A stretch of 63,811 nt of DNA from an uncultured Gammaproteobacteria bacterium (GCA_964427615.1 CAYRUR010000006.1:1-63811); one strand, 5' to 3'. Shown: positions 22,281 through 32,188, numbered from the stretch's first letter. Numbers and translations: made by a program. The notes: generated by a model from the sequence alone, not told the origin.

Positions 22281-23120
22281 ATGAGAACTTTCCATGAGGA
22301 TAGAACAAAATCAAAAGGACAGATATTGCTAGTTGTTATTTTGACAGTGGTTATTGCCCTTACTATTGGTCTTTCTGTTGCTTCTCGTTCTATAGTCAAC
22401 GTGCGACTTTCAAAACAAAATGAGGAATCCCAACGTGCTTTTCAAGCTGCAGAAGCAGGTATTTCCCAGGCTTTAAAGCAAATTGAGAGTAAAAGCAGTC
22501 TTACTGAAATACAAAAAAATCTTGAAAACAGTGCTTCATTTTCTACAGATATCACCACAGTAGAAGGTAGTAATTTTTTACTTAATGGTGGACAAGAGTT
22601 AGCTCAAGATATAGGAATTGATGTATGGCTTTCTGATTATCCTGATTATGCCAATATTGTGGCTTCTCGTACGGTAACGGTGTATTGGGGAGAAAATGGT
22701 AAAACAGATTGTTCTCCGACTGCGACAGGAGATGCTGTCTTGCCTACCTTGCAATTATTTGTTATTTCTTCTGATAATGCTGCGAGTGTAAGTAATCCTA
22801 CAGTCCAAAAATACCTCATTGATCCTTGTGGAGCTACTCGTACTTCTGGTTCAGAGGTTGGAAGTACAGGAGGCAGTGTGGCAGGTGTTTCTTTTGCTCA
22901 CGCAAAGCAGATAACGGTTACGAATGGAGTCATTATGAAAGTTATTCCTATTTACAATTCTGGAAAAGTAGGAATAACAGCAGATCCTGGTTTGCCGGAG
23001 CAAGGAGCAATCATTGAGTCAGTCGGAACTTCAGGTAACTCGGAGCGAAAACTTATGTATTATCAATCATATCCTCAGATACCTAATGAGTTATTTCCTT
23101 ATTCTATTATTTCTCAATAA
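22281..23120 (+). CDS. membrane-anchored pilus-associated protein (PilX-like position)
   Basis: 279-aa ORF. The N-terminal KGQILLVVILTVVIALTIGLSVA helix lacks the canonical G|F cleavage motif. It lies between the minor pilins and pilM. Confidence 0.5.
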   Translation: MRTFHEDRTKSKGQILLVVILTVVIALTIGLSVASRSIVNVRLSKQNEESQRAFQAAEAGISQALKQIESKSSLTEIQKNLENSASFSTDITTVEGSNFLLNGGQELAQDIGIDVWLSDYPDYANIVASRTVTVYWGENGKTDCSPTATGDAVLPTLQLFVISSDNAASVSNPTVQKYLIDPCGATRTSGSEVGSTGGSVAGVSFAHAKQITVTNGVIMKVIPIYNSGKVGITADPGLPEQGAIIESVGTSGNSERKLMYYQSYPQIPNELFPYSIISQ

Positions 23121-23122
23121 CT

Positions 23123-24151
23123 ATGGCAAAATCATTTGGTCTTGATATCGGAGCTACATCATTATCAGTTATGCAGGTTAGACAAGAGGCAAATGCTTTT
23201 TTTCTAGATTCTGTAGCAACTGCTCCACTAACTTCAAAAGGGATTCTTTCTGAATCAATAGTAGACCAGCAGATATTGGCTGATTCTATAAAAAAGTTGG
23301 TTTCAGACTCAAAAGTGAATGCAACAGAAGTAACTATTGCTCTTCCCCAGAGCCAAGTATATGCCAAAATTATTGAGATGCCTCAGCTTTCGGAAAAAGA
23401 GCTTACTGCAGCACTTTTGTGGGAAATGGAACAGTATATTCCTTTGCCATTGGATCAAGTAAGAACCGATTGGCAAATTTTGGATATGTGGGAAAAAGAC
23501 GGTCGGAAAATGATGAATGTATTTATTGTGGCTGTTCCTTTGTCTGTTATTGAAAAATATGAAAAGATCATTTCACTTACTGATTTTACGCTGAGAAATG
23601 TAGAGACGGAGGTTATTGCGGTGCATAGAGCTTTGCTGCCTTTGGTACATAACCCTCATGCAAATTTAATTATTCATCTTGGATCTTCTACTACAGATAT
23701 TATTATTACCAAAAATGGAGTTATTAACATGATTTTCTCTATTGGATTAGGGGGGCTTGCTATTACCCGTGCTATTTCTGTAGATTTAGGTATTGATATA
23801 CATCAGGCAGAAGATTACAAGAGAGCGTATGGTTTGAGCGAAGATGTTTTTAACGGAAAAATAGGAAAGTCTCTCAGTCCTATTTTGCAATCTATTGTGG
23901 GTGATATTAAAAAAGGAATACTGCTTTTTAAGGAGCGTAATAGTAATGAAAATATAAAGCAGGTAGTGTTATCGGGGGGAAATGCTCTTTTGCCAGGGTT
24001 AGATGTTTTTCTGGCTAATACGTTAAATATTGAGGTTATGCTTGGAAATGGGCTTAAATTACATCAATTAAGCGGTATTCCTGATCCAATTAATGCAGAT
24101 TTTCCAAGTTATAATGTTGTTTTGGGTCTGGCTTTAAGAGAGTATCTATGA
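23123..24151 (+). CDS. pilM: type IV pilus assembly protein PilM (actin-like ATPase fold)
   Basis: 342-aa ORF with N-terminal FGLDIGATSLSVMQV phosphate-binding motif. It is followed by two overlapping bitopic genes, as in pilMNO. Confidence 0.8.
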   Translation: MAKSFGLDIGATSLSVMQVRQEANAFFLDSVATAPLTSKGILSESIVDQQILADSIKKLVSDSKVNATEVTIALPQSQVYAKIIEMPQLSEKELTAALLWEMEQYIPLPLDQVRTDWQILDMWEKDGRKMMNVFIVAVPLSVIEKYEKIISLTDFTLRNVETEVIAVHRALLPLVHNPHANLIIHLGSSTTDIIITKNGVINMIFSIGLGGLAITRAISVDLGIDIHQAEDYKRAYGLSEDVFNGKIGKSLSPILQSIVGDIKKGILLFKERNSNENIKQVVLSGGNALLPGLDVFLANTLNIEVMLGNGLKLHQLSGIPDPINADFPSYNVVLGLALREYL

Positions 24152-24684
24152 GAAACCATATTAATTTAGCCCCTCCAGTACCTATCAATCGAAATCGAAA
24201 ATTTCTATTAATGATTTCTCTAGGTATTTTCGGAGTCGTTTTTGTACTGGCTTTTATTACCATTTTATCAACACTTGTTTTAAATATACGTCTTTCAGGC
24301 ATGGGTAGTGAGTCAGAAGCTATAAAAAAGGAACTCAATCGGTTGTATGATAAAAAGATAACATACTTAACGCTCAAAGAGCGATTGAATAGTATTGAGA
24401 AAGTTATTAATAAACGAAAAGATGTCAATGAAAATCTGAAAAAAGTGGTTGCACTCTTACCTGACTCAGTAACTATAGATCACATAGAAGTAACCGAGGA
24501 TAGTGTTGATATGACCATTATTTCAAATAACCTTGCTGTAATGAATAGTATTGTTGAGGAAAAACTCCCTCAACTTGCAAAGGGAGAAAAGTCAGGTATA
24601 AGTGCTATAGAGTTACGTTCATTTCGTCAGGAATCATCTGGTTATGCAGCCTCTTTTTATATTGCTTTTAGTCCAAAACCATGA
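24148..24684 (+). CDS. pilN: PilN-like bitopic membrane protein
   Basis: 178-aa ORF. It has an N-terminal INLAPP motif, a TM segment (FLLMISLGIFGVVFVLAFITIL) and a coiled-coil. It has a 4-nt overlap with pilM. Confidence 0.6.
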   Translation: MRNHINLAPPVPINRNRKFLLMISLGIFGVVFVLAFITILSTLVLNIRLSGMGSESEAIKKELNRLYDKKITYLTLKERLNSIEKVINKRKDVNENLKKVVALLPDSVTIDHIEVTEDSVDMTIISNNLAVMNSIVEEKLPQLAKGEKSGISAIELRSFRQESSGYAASFYIAFSPKP

Positions 24685-25370
24685 ATATACAGCAACTACG
24701 TACTATCTTTTATCAACAATTTTACGTAAAGTATCGGTTATTTTTGCTGCCTGCAGGAATTGTGGTAGCATCTTTTCTTATTTTATTGCAGGTTGTTATT
24801 CCTCAGTTTTCCTTTATTACAGAATTAAATAACAAAATGAACGAGAAATCAGAGGAACTTGCTACACTACGTAGTTCCCTCTCAGCACTTAAGGGTACGC
24901 CAGATGCAAAACTCACTTCTGATTATGCTCTCTCCTTGTCCGCTCTGCCTGAATCAAAAAATATGCTTAGTATTTTTATGGCCCTTACTACCATTGCTTC
25001 CAAGTCTGATGTCAGAGTTTCAGACTTTTCTTTAAAAATTGGGGAAGTATATGAAGATGGTAAAAAGAAAGAAGAAAAACCTGTACCACAAAAGAATGCG
25101 TTAGGTGTACCTACCCTGACTGTGGTGGCTCAAGTTGAAGCAGACAATCCTTCTAGTATTTTAGCGTTTTCTAATAATCTCTATCAGGTTTTCCCTTTAG
25201 CAGAAATTGATACATTCTCACTTACGCAAGGAAATGGGGTTTTTGAAATCAACTTTTTTTACAAACCATTTGATCTAAAGCAGATTGCCAGGGAAGAACT
25301 GCTTACGCCTATGGCAACAAAAGATCAGCAATTGCTGCAAGAGTTAACCAAGTGGAAATCAGATATGTAG
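24681..25370 (+). CDS. PilO-like bitopic membrane protein
   Basis: 229-aa ORF with a TM segment (LLPAGIVVASFLILLQVVI) followed by a coiled-coil. It has a 4-nt overlap with the pilN-like gene. Confidence 0.5.
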   Translation: MNIQQLRTIFYQQFYVKYRLFLLPAGIVVASFLILLQVVIPQFSFITELNNKMNEKSEELATLRSSLSALKGTPDAKLTSDYALSLSALPESKNMLSIFMALTTIASKSDVRVSDFSLKIGEVYEDGKKKEEKPVPQKNALGVPTLTVVAQVEADNPSSILAFSNNLYQVFPLAEIDTFSLTQGNGVFEINFFYKPFDLKQIAREELLTPMATKDQQLLQELTKWKSDM

Positions 25371-25462
25371 TGGCGTAGAGAGAAAGTCAAAACTTAAAAG
25401 TCAAAAATGTAAGTAAAAAGTTTGAAGATAAGCATTTAGGGTTTAGTTTAGATATAAAAAAC

Positions 25463-25532
25463 GTGTCATCCTGAACTTGACTCAGGATCCAGAAAAAAGA
25501 CATGGATTCCAAATCAAGTTTGGAATGACAGG
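25463..25532. repeat. palindromic intergenic element (gtcatcctgaa...ttggaatgac family)
   Basis: gtgtcatcctgaacttgactcaggatcc...catggattccaaatcaagtttggaatgacagg. An inverted copy carrying a ~70-nt internal insertion is at 11166-11300. Confidence 0.7.
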
Positions 25533-25636
25533 TTTTAAAGGTAGAGTTACACCTAAAACTTTTTAATTTTACCTTTTGCCTTTTGAATTTTGCCTTTTTT
25601 CTATACTTTATACTAACCACAAACCCATTAACCTAA

Positions 25637-26323
25637 TCACTTCTTTAACAGATCAGGTCTTCTTCTTTTTGTTTCTTTTTGCGCCTGCTCTTTTTGAAAA
25701 GCAAGGATTTTTTTCGGGTCTCCTGAGAGTAGTACTTTTGGCACTGCCATGCCTTTGTATATCTCAGGACGCGTATATTGAGGATATTCTAAAATTCTTT
25801 CATCATCAATTTTTGAGAATGATTCCAGATGAGTTGCATCTGTTTTTTTCAGTACTCCAGGTACTAGACGGATGAGTGAATCAATAATAGCAACGGCTGC
25901 AATTTCTCCACCTGATAGCACAAAATCTCCAATAGAAATCTCCATATCCACTAATTCTCGTATGCGTTCATCAAAGCCTTCATAGTGTCCACATACTAAA
26001 ATAATGTGATCCAGCTGCAGCAGATTTTCAGCAGTTGATTGATTATAGACTGCTCCTTTTGGGTCCAGAAGAATTACTTTTTCTTTTTTGAGGTCTTTCT
26101 TAGCTGCAGTAATTGCACTGTCTAGCACATCAACCTTTAAGACCATGCCTACACCTCCACCATATGGCTTGTCATCTACCATTTTGTGTTTGCCAACGCC
26201 AAAATTCCTTAAATCAAGCGTGGAAATGGTTACTTTTCCTTCTTCTTGTGCTCTTTTAGGAATAGAAGTGTTAAAAAAGTGAGATACCAGTTGCGGAAAC
26301 AGCGTGATAACAGTTATGTGCAT
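25637..26323 (-). CDS. trmD: tRNA (guanine37-N1)-methyltransferase
   Basis: Start trimmed to MHITVITLFPQL (ATG 26323). Motifs: YGGGVGMV, ILVCGHYEGFDERI, SIGDFVLSGGE. Confidence 0.9.
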   Translation of the reverse strand: MHITVITLFPQLVSHFFNTSIPKRAQEEGKVTISTLDLRNFGVGKHKMVDDKPYGGGVGMVLKVDVLDSAITAAKKDLKKEKVILLDPKGAVYNQSTAENLLQLDHIILVCGHYEGFDERIRELVDMEISIGDFVLSGGEIAAVAIIDSLIRLVPGVLKKTDATHLESFSKIDDERILEYPQYTRPEIYKGMAVPKVLLSGDPKKILAFQKEQAQKETKRRRPDLLKK

Positions 26324-26342
26324 AGGAGAGTTGAAAAGAAGC

Positions 26343-26573
26343 TTATTTTTCTTGCACTTGAATATCAATCCGCTTCTCTTCTTTAATAGCTCTTATTTTC
26401 AGAAGATTCTTGATGGAATTAATAGTTTTTCCGTTTTTTCCAATGATCTTGCCCATCTGGTCTTGCGGGACAACAAGGGTGAAGATAATAAAACCATCTT
26501 CTTCCTGCTCTTTTATCTCAACGGGTACTTCAGGGAGAATATTCTCAACAATATAGGTTAGGATTTCTTTCAT
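26343..26573 (-). CDS. KH-domain RNA-binding protein (YlqC/UPF0109-like)
   Basis: 76-aa ORF with GKIIGKNGKTINSIKNLL (GxxG KH motif). It sits in the conserved rpsP-KH-trmD position. Confidence 0.7.
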   Translation of the reverse strand: MKEILTYIVENILPEVPVEIKEQEEDGFIIFTLVVPQDQMGKIIGKNGKTINSIKNLLKIRAIKEEKRIDIQVQEK

Positions 26574-26797
26574 AGAATTTCTTTTACAGCAGGAGAAATT
26601 TGGGCTCCTTTTGAAGTCCAGTATTCTACCTTTTTCTTGTCGATTTCTTTTGTAATTACTCCTTTTACGCTCTTTTCGTAAAATCCAAGAATATCTACTG
26701 CTTTTCCGTCTCTTTTACTTCTTTTTTCTTTGACGACAATGCGGTATTTGCGTTCACCTTTTCTACCAGTTTTTGTAAATCGTATTACGAGTGCCAT
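26570..26797 (-). CDS. rpsP: 30S ribosomal protein S16
   Basis: Start trimmed to MALVIRFTKTGRKGERKYRIVV (ATG 26797), the typical S16 N-terminus. Confidence 0.9.
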   Translation of the reverse strand: MALVIRFTKTGRKGERKYRIVVKEKRSKRDGKAVDILGFYEKSVKGVITKEIDKKKVEYWTSKGAQISPAVKEIL

Positions 26798-26859
26798 AAT
26801 ATGTATGCTCGCTAGTTTAGCATTTTTAGCGTAAATAGTCAACTTGGCTAAAAGGGCAA

Positions 26860-27552
26860 TTAACTAACAGAGAATTTTTTGTATATTTTTTTCTCCAAAG
26901 CATCACGAGCTGCATTTTTTTCTGCTTCTTGTTTTGATTTTCCACTACCCTCTCCCAGAATTGTGTTATCAACAACTGCTTGGATAGTAAATATTTTTGC
27001 ATGATCTGGTCCTTCTTCTCGTACAATTTTATAGGTAGGGGAAATTTTGAGTTGTTCCTGTACTTCTTCTTGTAGAGTACTTTTTGCGTCTTTGAGACCT
27101 TGTTGACCCATAATTGCATCTATTCGGGAAAGAATAATTTCTTCTATAAAATGTTGTGCTGCCTCAATGCCTTGATCTAGATATAATCCTCCGATAATTG
27201 CCTCTAATGTATCTGCAAGAATAGACTTGTTTTTTCGTCCTCCACCCTCATCTTCTCCTTTGGACAATTTTAAGTACTGTCCTAAGTCTAGTTCTGTGGC
27301 AATCATATACAGCGTTTCAGTATTGGTTAATATTGCACGTAAATTAGTGAGTTCTCCCTCTTTCAGATCTGGGTATTTGGCAAAAATGTGGGAAGACACC
27401 ACAAATGACAAAATACTATCTCCTAAAAATTCAATTCGTTCATTGGATTCTATTTTATTTGCTGCTTCATTCAGATAGGATCTGTGGGTAAAAACAGTAT
27501 CAAAGAGTTGTTTATTTTTGAACGTTGGTATTTTCATGGTCTTTGTTAGCAA
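26860..27552 (-). CDS. rnc: ribonuclease III
   Basis: 230-aa ORF. It has the RNase III signature ERIEFLGDSILSFVVS and a C-terminal dsRBD (GSGKSKQEAEKNAARDAL). The start could be the internal Met at 27537. Confidence 0.9.
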   Translation of the reverse strand: MLTKTMKIPTFKNKQLFDTVFTHRSYLNEAANKIESNERIEFLGDSILSFVVSSHIFAKYPDLKEGELTNLRAILTNTETLYMIATELDLGQYLKLSKGEDEGGGRKNKSILADTLEAIIGGLYLDQGIEAAQHFIEEIILSRIDAIMGQQGLKDAKSTLQEEVQEQLKISPTYKIVREEGPDHAKIFTIQAVVDNTILGEGSGKSKQEAEKNAARDALEKKIYKKFSVS

Positions 27553-27907
27553 TCATTTTATCTTTTAAAAGCTTTCCCAGGGCTCCATTGATAAAAGCAG
27601 GGGAGTTATCTCCTCCAAACTCTTTTGCCAGTTCTATTGCTTCGTCAATAATAACTTTTGCTGGTTCTTTTTTGTCAATTGTTAGTTCATACACTGCCAG
27701 TCTTAGAATGGCGAGGTCTACTCTGTTTAGTTTCTCAATTGGAAATTCAGGAGCAATTCTCTCAATAGCAGGATCTATCGTTTCTTTATGCTGGACAATT
27801 GCTGCAACCAACGGGCTTTTTGGGTTATCTTCTGTAAAGCTGTAGGCAAATAGATTTTTTACAATATCTTGCCTTTTTTTATGTCTGGGGTCATTCTTTG
27901 TTTTCAT
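27512..27907 (-). CDS. nusB: transcription antitermination factor NusB
   Basis: 131-aa all-helical ORF with DLAILRLAVYEL and IDEAIELAKEFG motifs. Confidence 0.85.
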   Translation of the reverse strand: MKTKNDPRHKKRQDIVKNLFAYSFTEDNPKSPLVAAIVQHKETIDPAIERIAPEFPIEKLNRVDLAILRLAVYELTIDKKEPAKVIIDEAIELAKEFGGDNSPAFINGALGKLLKDKMIANKDHENTNVQK

Positions 27908-27914
27908 GTACTCG

Positions 27915-28091
27915 TTATTTGGTTGTTACGAGCTTTCCTTTGTAGTATCCGCATGCTTTACATACGGTATGTGATTCTACTGGAGAACCACAATTTTGAC
28001 ATACGGAAACGTTTGGCAGCGTTACGGAAATTGCTGCTCTTCTTTTTCCTTGTCTTTGTCTAGAATGTCTTTTCTTTGGTTCTTGTGGCAT
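27915..28091 (-). CDS. rpmF: 50S ribosomal protein L32 (absent from the supplied ORF track because it is under 60 aa)
   Basis: Hand translation gives MPQEPKKRHSRQRQGKRRAAISVTLPNVSVCQNCGSPVESHTVCKACGYYKGKLVTTK, with CxxC...CxxC zinc-ribbon and the L32 N-terminal KR-rich motif. Confidence 0.85.
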   Translation of the reverse strand: MPQEPKKRHSRQRQGKRRAAISVTLPNVSVCQNCGSPVESHTVCKACGYYKGKLVTTK

Positions 28092-28114
28092 ATGTTTATA
28101 ATTATTTTTGCCTG

Positions 28115-30157
28115 TTAGTCAGGCATAATCTTCTGTATTATAGTGGATTTTACCTTATCTTGCAATAGTGGGTAGTTTTCAAGGTTGGAAAAGATTTCTT
28201 CTGCTTCTTTTTTTGTTTTTTCAATGAGTGTCTTATCCATTACAGAGGCAAAACGGAACATAGGAACGCCATGCTGTAGTGTCCCATATATTTCTCCAGG
28301 CCCTCGTAAAGAAAGGTCATATTCTGCAAGTTCTGCCCCTAGATACATGGTCTCGAGGCCTTTGAGCCTTTTCTTTGTTTGAGCAGAATTTGATTCAGTA
28401 AAGAGCAGGCAAAACGATTCTTTTTGTCCTCGGCCTACTCTTCCGCGCAGTTGGTGTAGTTGAGAAAGTCCGAAACGTTCCGCTGCTTCAATAAGCATGA
28501 TACTGGCATGAGGGATATCAATTCCTACTTCAACAACGGGAGTAGCAACCAGAATATCAAAATCTCCTTTGTGAAATTGCTCTAAAATTTCTTTTTTTTC
28601 GTTTGCCTTCATTTTACCGTGTAATAGGGAGACCCTAAATTCTGTAAATACTTCTTTTTTGAGTTTTTCATATTCCTTTGTGGCAGCTTTTACTGTAGTC
28701 ATGTTTTCTGATTCCTCGATGAAAGGACAGATAACAAATACCTGATTTTTTCTGCCAGATCCATCATCTTCACGTAATTTTTCCTTGATCCAGGTGTAGG
28801 CTGCTTCTCGTTTACTAGAGGGTACGAGCCATGTTTTTACTTTTTTTCTCCCTTTTGGCATTTCATCCAAGTAAGAAAGATCCAAATCTCCATACATAGT
28901 CAAAAAGATAGTTCTGGGAATAGGAGTTGCAGTCATAGTCAAAAAATGAGGACTTTCTCCTTTTTCCCGTAAAATAGCTCGCTGCTCTACTCCGAAGCGT
29001 TGTTGCTCATCAATAATTACTAAGCCGAGTTTTTCAAAGGTAACTGCGTGATGGATAAGCGCATGCGTGCCAATAGCTATATCAAATGTATCTTCTTTCT
29101 TTTTTTTGTGTGATGAGGTAAATAATGCTAGGTTCAGACCAAATGGCTCTAGTAATTTGGAAAGTGATGTGTAATGTTGAGTAGCCAAAATTTCAGTAGG
29201 TGCCATAAGTACCCCTTGATAGCCATTTAAATAAGCAGCTAAAAGGGCAACAGAGGCAACGACTGTTTTACCTGATCCCACGTCTCCTTCAAGTAACCGA
29301 TTCATAGGAATAGGTTTTTCCATATCAGCTAAAATGTCATCAATTGCTTTTTTTTGTGCATTGGTAAGCTCAAATGGTAGTGAATTGATGTACTTTTCTA
29401 TGGTCTTTTTGTGGTTATCAGTAGTTAGTTTTGGTGCATCTTTTTTTTGCCTCCACTCCTCTCTGCGCATAATGCCAGCAAGCTGGTTAATAAATAGTTC
29501 TTCAAAAGCCAGTCGTTCTCGGGCTTTTTCTATGGATTTATAAGAAGTTGGAAAATGGATGTCTTGTAGCGCTTTTTTGATATCGACTAAATTGTGTTTT
29601 TTGATAATATGTGCCGGGAGAAATTCTTCTAAAGTAATAGATTCGTCTTGCAGAAGCTGTTTTATTCTATTTCGTACCCATTTTGAGGAAAGTCCGTAAG
29701 TTTCAGGATATACAGGCACCATTTTTCCGGTATGGGTTGTATCGTCTGCAAGTCCATCTAGCAGTTCATAATCTTTTCCTTTGATAGTTATTTTTGATCC
29801 ACTTTTATCTACTTTACCTGAAATACTGACTGTTTTACCTACTACTAACTGTTTTACAATATAGGGCTGATTAAACCAAATACACTCTACTTTTCCTGTG
29901 TTGTCCTCTACTACTACTTTTTGGAGTTGAAATTTCCTTCTTGTGTATTCATTTTTTGAAGAAAGAATGGTGCCTTGGATAGTAACTACTTCTTCGGGTT
30001 GTAAAGTATTGATAGGTGCAATAAGGCTTAGGTCATCATAGCGGGAAGGAATATGATACAAAAGGTTCTCTAAGGTATGAATATGGAGCCGTTGTAATTT
30101 TTTAGCGTTTACTTTGAAAGTAAATCCTGCTTCGCGTATCGGAGCCGTTAATTGCAT
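28115..30157 (-). CDS. recG: ATP-dependent DNA helicase RecG
   Basis: 680-aa ORF. It has an OB wedge domain, Walker A GDVGSGKT, DEQQRFG, and TATPIPRT and QLRGRVGRG helicase motifs. Confidence 0.9.
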   Translation of the reverse strand: MQLTAPIREAGFTFKVNAKKLQRLHIHTLENLLYHIPSRYDDLSLIAPINTLQPEEVVTIQGTILSSKNEYTRRKFQLQKVVVEDNTGKVECIWFNQPYIVKQLVVGKTVSISGKVDKSGSKITIKGKDYELLDGLADDTTHTGKMVPVYPETYGLSSKWVRNRIKQLLQDESITLEEFLPAHIIKKHNLVDIKKALQDIHFPTSYKSIEKARERLAFEELFINQLAGIMRREEWRQKKDAPKLTTDNHKKTIEKYINSLPFELTNAQKKAIDDILADMEKPIPMNRLLEGDVGSGKTVVASVALLAAYLNGYQGVLMAPTEILATQHYTSLSKLLEPFGLNLALFTSSHKKKKEDTFDIAIGTHALIHHAVTFEKLGLVIIDEQQRFGVEQRAILREKGESPHFLTMTATPIPRTIFLTMYGDLDLSYLDEMPKGRKKVKTWLVPSSKREAAYTWIKEKLREDDGSGRKNQVFVICPFIEESENMTTVKAATKEYEKLKKEVFTEFRVSLLHGKMKANEKKEILEQFHKGDFDILVATPVVEVGIDIPHASIMLIEAAERFGLSQLHQLRGRVGRGQKESFCLLFTESNSAQTKKRLKGLETMYLGAELAEYDLSLRGPGEIYGTLQHGVPMFRFASVMDKTLIEKTKKEAEEIFSNLENYPLLQDKVKSTIIQKIMPD

Positions 30158-30168
30158 AATGACCTTTT

Positions 30169-30270
30169 TTATTGAAGAAAGTTAGGAAGATATGGCAAAA
30201 TAAGGCCGAGCAAGAGCGCGATAGATGATATTATCACGACTACTTTCCATATCCACTTGTGTTGATGCAT
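30169..30270 (-). CDS. candidate 33-aa single-pass membrane peptide between tyrS and recG
   Basis: Hand translation gives MHQHKWIWKVVVIISSIALLLGLILPYLPNFLQ. It fills the tyrS-recG gap almost exactly. No conservation evidence is available. Confidence 0.3.
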   Translation of the reverse strand: MHQHKWIWKVVVIISSIALLLGLILPYLPNFLQ

Positions 30271-30275
30271 GAAAT

Positions 30276-31457
30276 TCATAGTACTATTCTAACATATTTT
30301 CTTTTTCCTGCTTTGATAAGCATCCCACTCTGTATACTCACCGTTTTACTTACATCAGTAACTTTTTCTTGATTTATTTCAACAGCGCCTTGCTCAATGA
30401 GCCGTTTTGCTTCTGTTTTGCTAGGAGCGAGAGTGGTTGTCAGGAGTAAATCTGTAAGTGGTATTTGTTTCTCTGTTATCTTTACTTCAGGAATATCATC
30501 CGGAATTTCCCGTTTTTGCACTGTCTTTTCAAAATACTCTTGTGCATTTTGGGCTTCTTCTGCTGAATGCAGTTCTGAAACAATACGATAAGCAAGTTGT
30601 TTTTTGATTTGAATAGGATTTTCACCATCTTTAAGTGCTTGCTCAATTGCTTGAATGTCTTGCAGTGTCGTGTTGGTTGCAAGCAGAAAATACTGAGTTA
30701 TTAATTCATCTTTGATAGACATCACTTTTCCATACATATCTTCTGGTGTATCAGTAAGCCAAATTGCATTTCCCCATGTTTTACTCATTTTTCGTCCGTC
30801 TGTACCCAGTAAAAATTCGTTGGTCATGACAAATGATTCTTTATTGCGAAGATCTTTTTGCAACGTGCGTCCTGCTTGCATATTAAACGTTTGGTCAGTG
30901 CCACCTAATTGTAAATCAGTATCAAGGTAGTAACTGTCGTATCCTTGCATGACCGGGTACAATACCTCATGCAGTCCTACTCTTTTTTCTGACTGGAGAC
31001 GTTTTTTAATCAGCTCTCGACTGATAAAATCACCTACAGAGAAATGCTGGGTTAATTTAACAATATCAGTAAAGGTGAGTTTTGAGAGCCATTCACTGTT
31101 GTAGCGGACGGTTACTTTTGAAAAATCAAGGATTTTTTCAGCTTGTGCTTTATATGTTTTAAAATTTTCTTGTATTTGCTCTGCGGTTAGTTGTGGTCTT
31201 TCGGATTCTTTATCAGAGGTGTCTCCAATAAGGGCGGTAAAATCGCCAATTAGAAAGGTGATATTGTGTCCTAATTCTGCAAAGGCTTGGAGTTTGCGCA
31301 GTGGTACGGCGTGACCTAGATGAATATGAGTGCTAGTAGGATCAATGCCCAGATAAATAGAAAGTTTTTCTCCTGATTCGAGTTTTTTAAGCAGTTGTTC
31401 TTTTCCCGGAATGATGTTGGCAACTCCCCGTGAAAGTAATTCATCAAGCTTTTCCAT
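30276..31457 (-). CDS. tyrS: tyrosine--tRNA ligase
   Basis: Start trimmed to MEKLDELLSRG (ATG 31457). It has a HIGH-type motif (HLGH), KMSKT (KMSKS) and a C-terminal S4-like domain. Confidence 0.9.
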   Translation of the reverse strand: MEKLDELLSRGVANIIPGKEQLLKKLESGEKLSIYLGIDPTSTHIHLGHAVPLRKLQAFAELGHNITFLIGDFTALIGDTSDKESERPQLTAEQIQENFKTYKAQAEKILDFSKVTVRYNSEWLSKLTFTDIVKLTQHFSVGDFISRELIKKRLQSEKRVGLHEVLYPVMQGYDSYYLDTDLQLGGTDQTFNMQAGRTLQKDLRNKESFVMTNEFLLGTDGRKMSKTWGNAIWLTDTPEDMYGKVMSIKDELITQYFLLATNTTLQDIQAIEQALKDGENPIQIKKQLAYRIVSELHSAEEAQNAQEYFEKTVQKREIPDDIPEVKITEKQIPLTDLLLTTTLAPSKTEAKRLIEQGAVEINQEKVTDVSKTVSIQSGMLIKAGKRKYVRIVL

Positions 31458-31543
31458 ATAGGTATTATACGGCTGTTTCTGGTGGTATTTCAACCTGTGT
31501 TATTGTGTGGTTTGTAGATTATGAGGAATACTTTGGATAGAAG

Positions 31544-32188
31544 ATGCAAGATGGTATAGTATGCTTAATGAAAGAGATACCGAGTCCAGAACCAGAGTTT
31601 TATATTCCTATGGTAAGGAAGTTTTCTTATAATCCTGAAACTCAGACTTTTGAGGTAGGAAATGAGGAAGCGATGCTTAATTTTCCACTTACTGACACAG
31701 AGGATATCTTTGATTTACAACAAGAATCATTTGTTTTGGGTAGAGACGTTAAGTCTCTTGATGAGCATATCTTAGGAATTGGTGCGGGCATGCGTAGTCC
31801 GATTATTGCTTTCCCTCCTTTGCGAAGATGGATCATGAAAATGACAGATACACAACGTCGGGCAATAGGAGAACAAGTAAAAGACGCAATGCATGAGGCT
31901 ATCCAAGCATTTCGTACACCTTCTTCTCGATGGGAGAGATCATCTACTGCATATGTAGCTGAATTAAGACCAGATGGGGAATTTCGTTTACAAACTCCAG
32001 GAGTTTGTGCTTGTCTTGGGGTTCACCTCTCTGATAGAAATATGTTTATGGTTGGTAGTAGGAGTATTGATAGCTTATTACCTCAAGCATATACTTTACA
32101 TAATGCCGATGGATCAGGACAAAGACTAAGTCTCTATGCAGGAGCTGGAACTCTTGCTTGGCTGATGCAAAACGCACAAGAGGGTTAA
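31544..32188 (+). CDS. hypothetical protein
   Basis: 214-aa ORF with no motif I recognise. It is somewhat more GC-rich than its neighbours by eye. The start is uncertain (Met1 or Met9). Confidence 0.45.
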   Translation: MQDGIVCLMKEIPSPEPEFYIPMVRKFSYNPETQTFEVGNEEAMLNFPLTDTEDIFDLQQESFVLGRDVKSLDEHILGIGAGMRSPIIAFPPLRRWIMKMTDTQRRAIGEQVKDAMHEAIQAFRTPSSRWERSSTAYVAELRPDGEFRLQTPGVCACLGVHLSDRNMFMVGSRSIDSLLPQAYTLHNADGSGQRLSLYAGAGTLAWLMQNAQEG

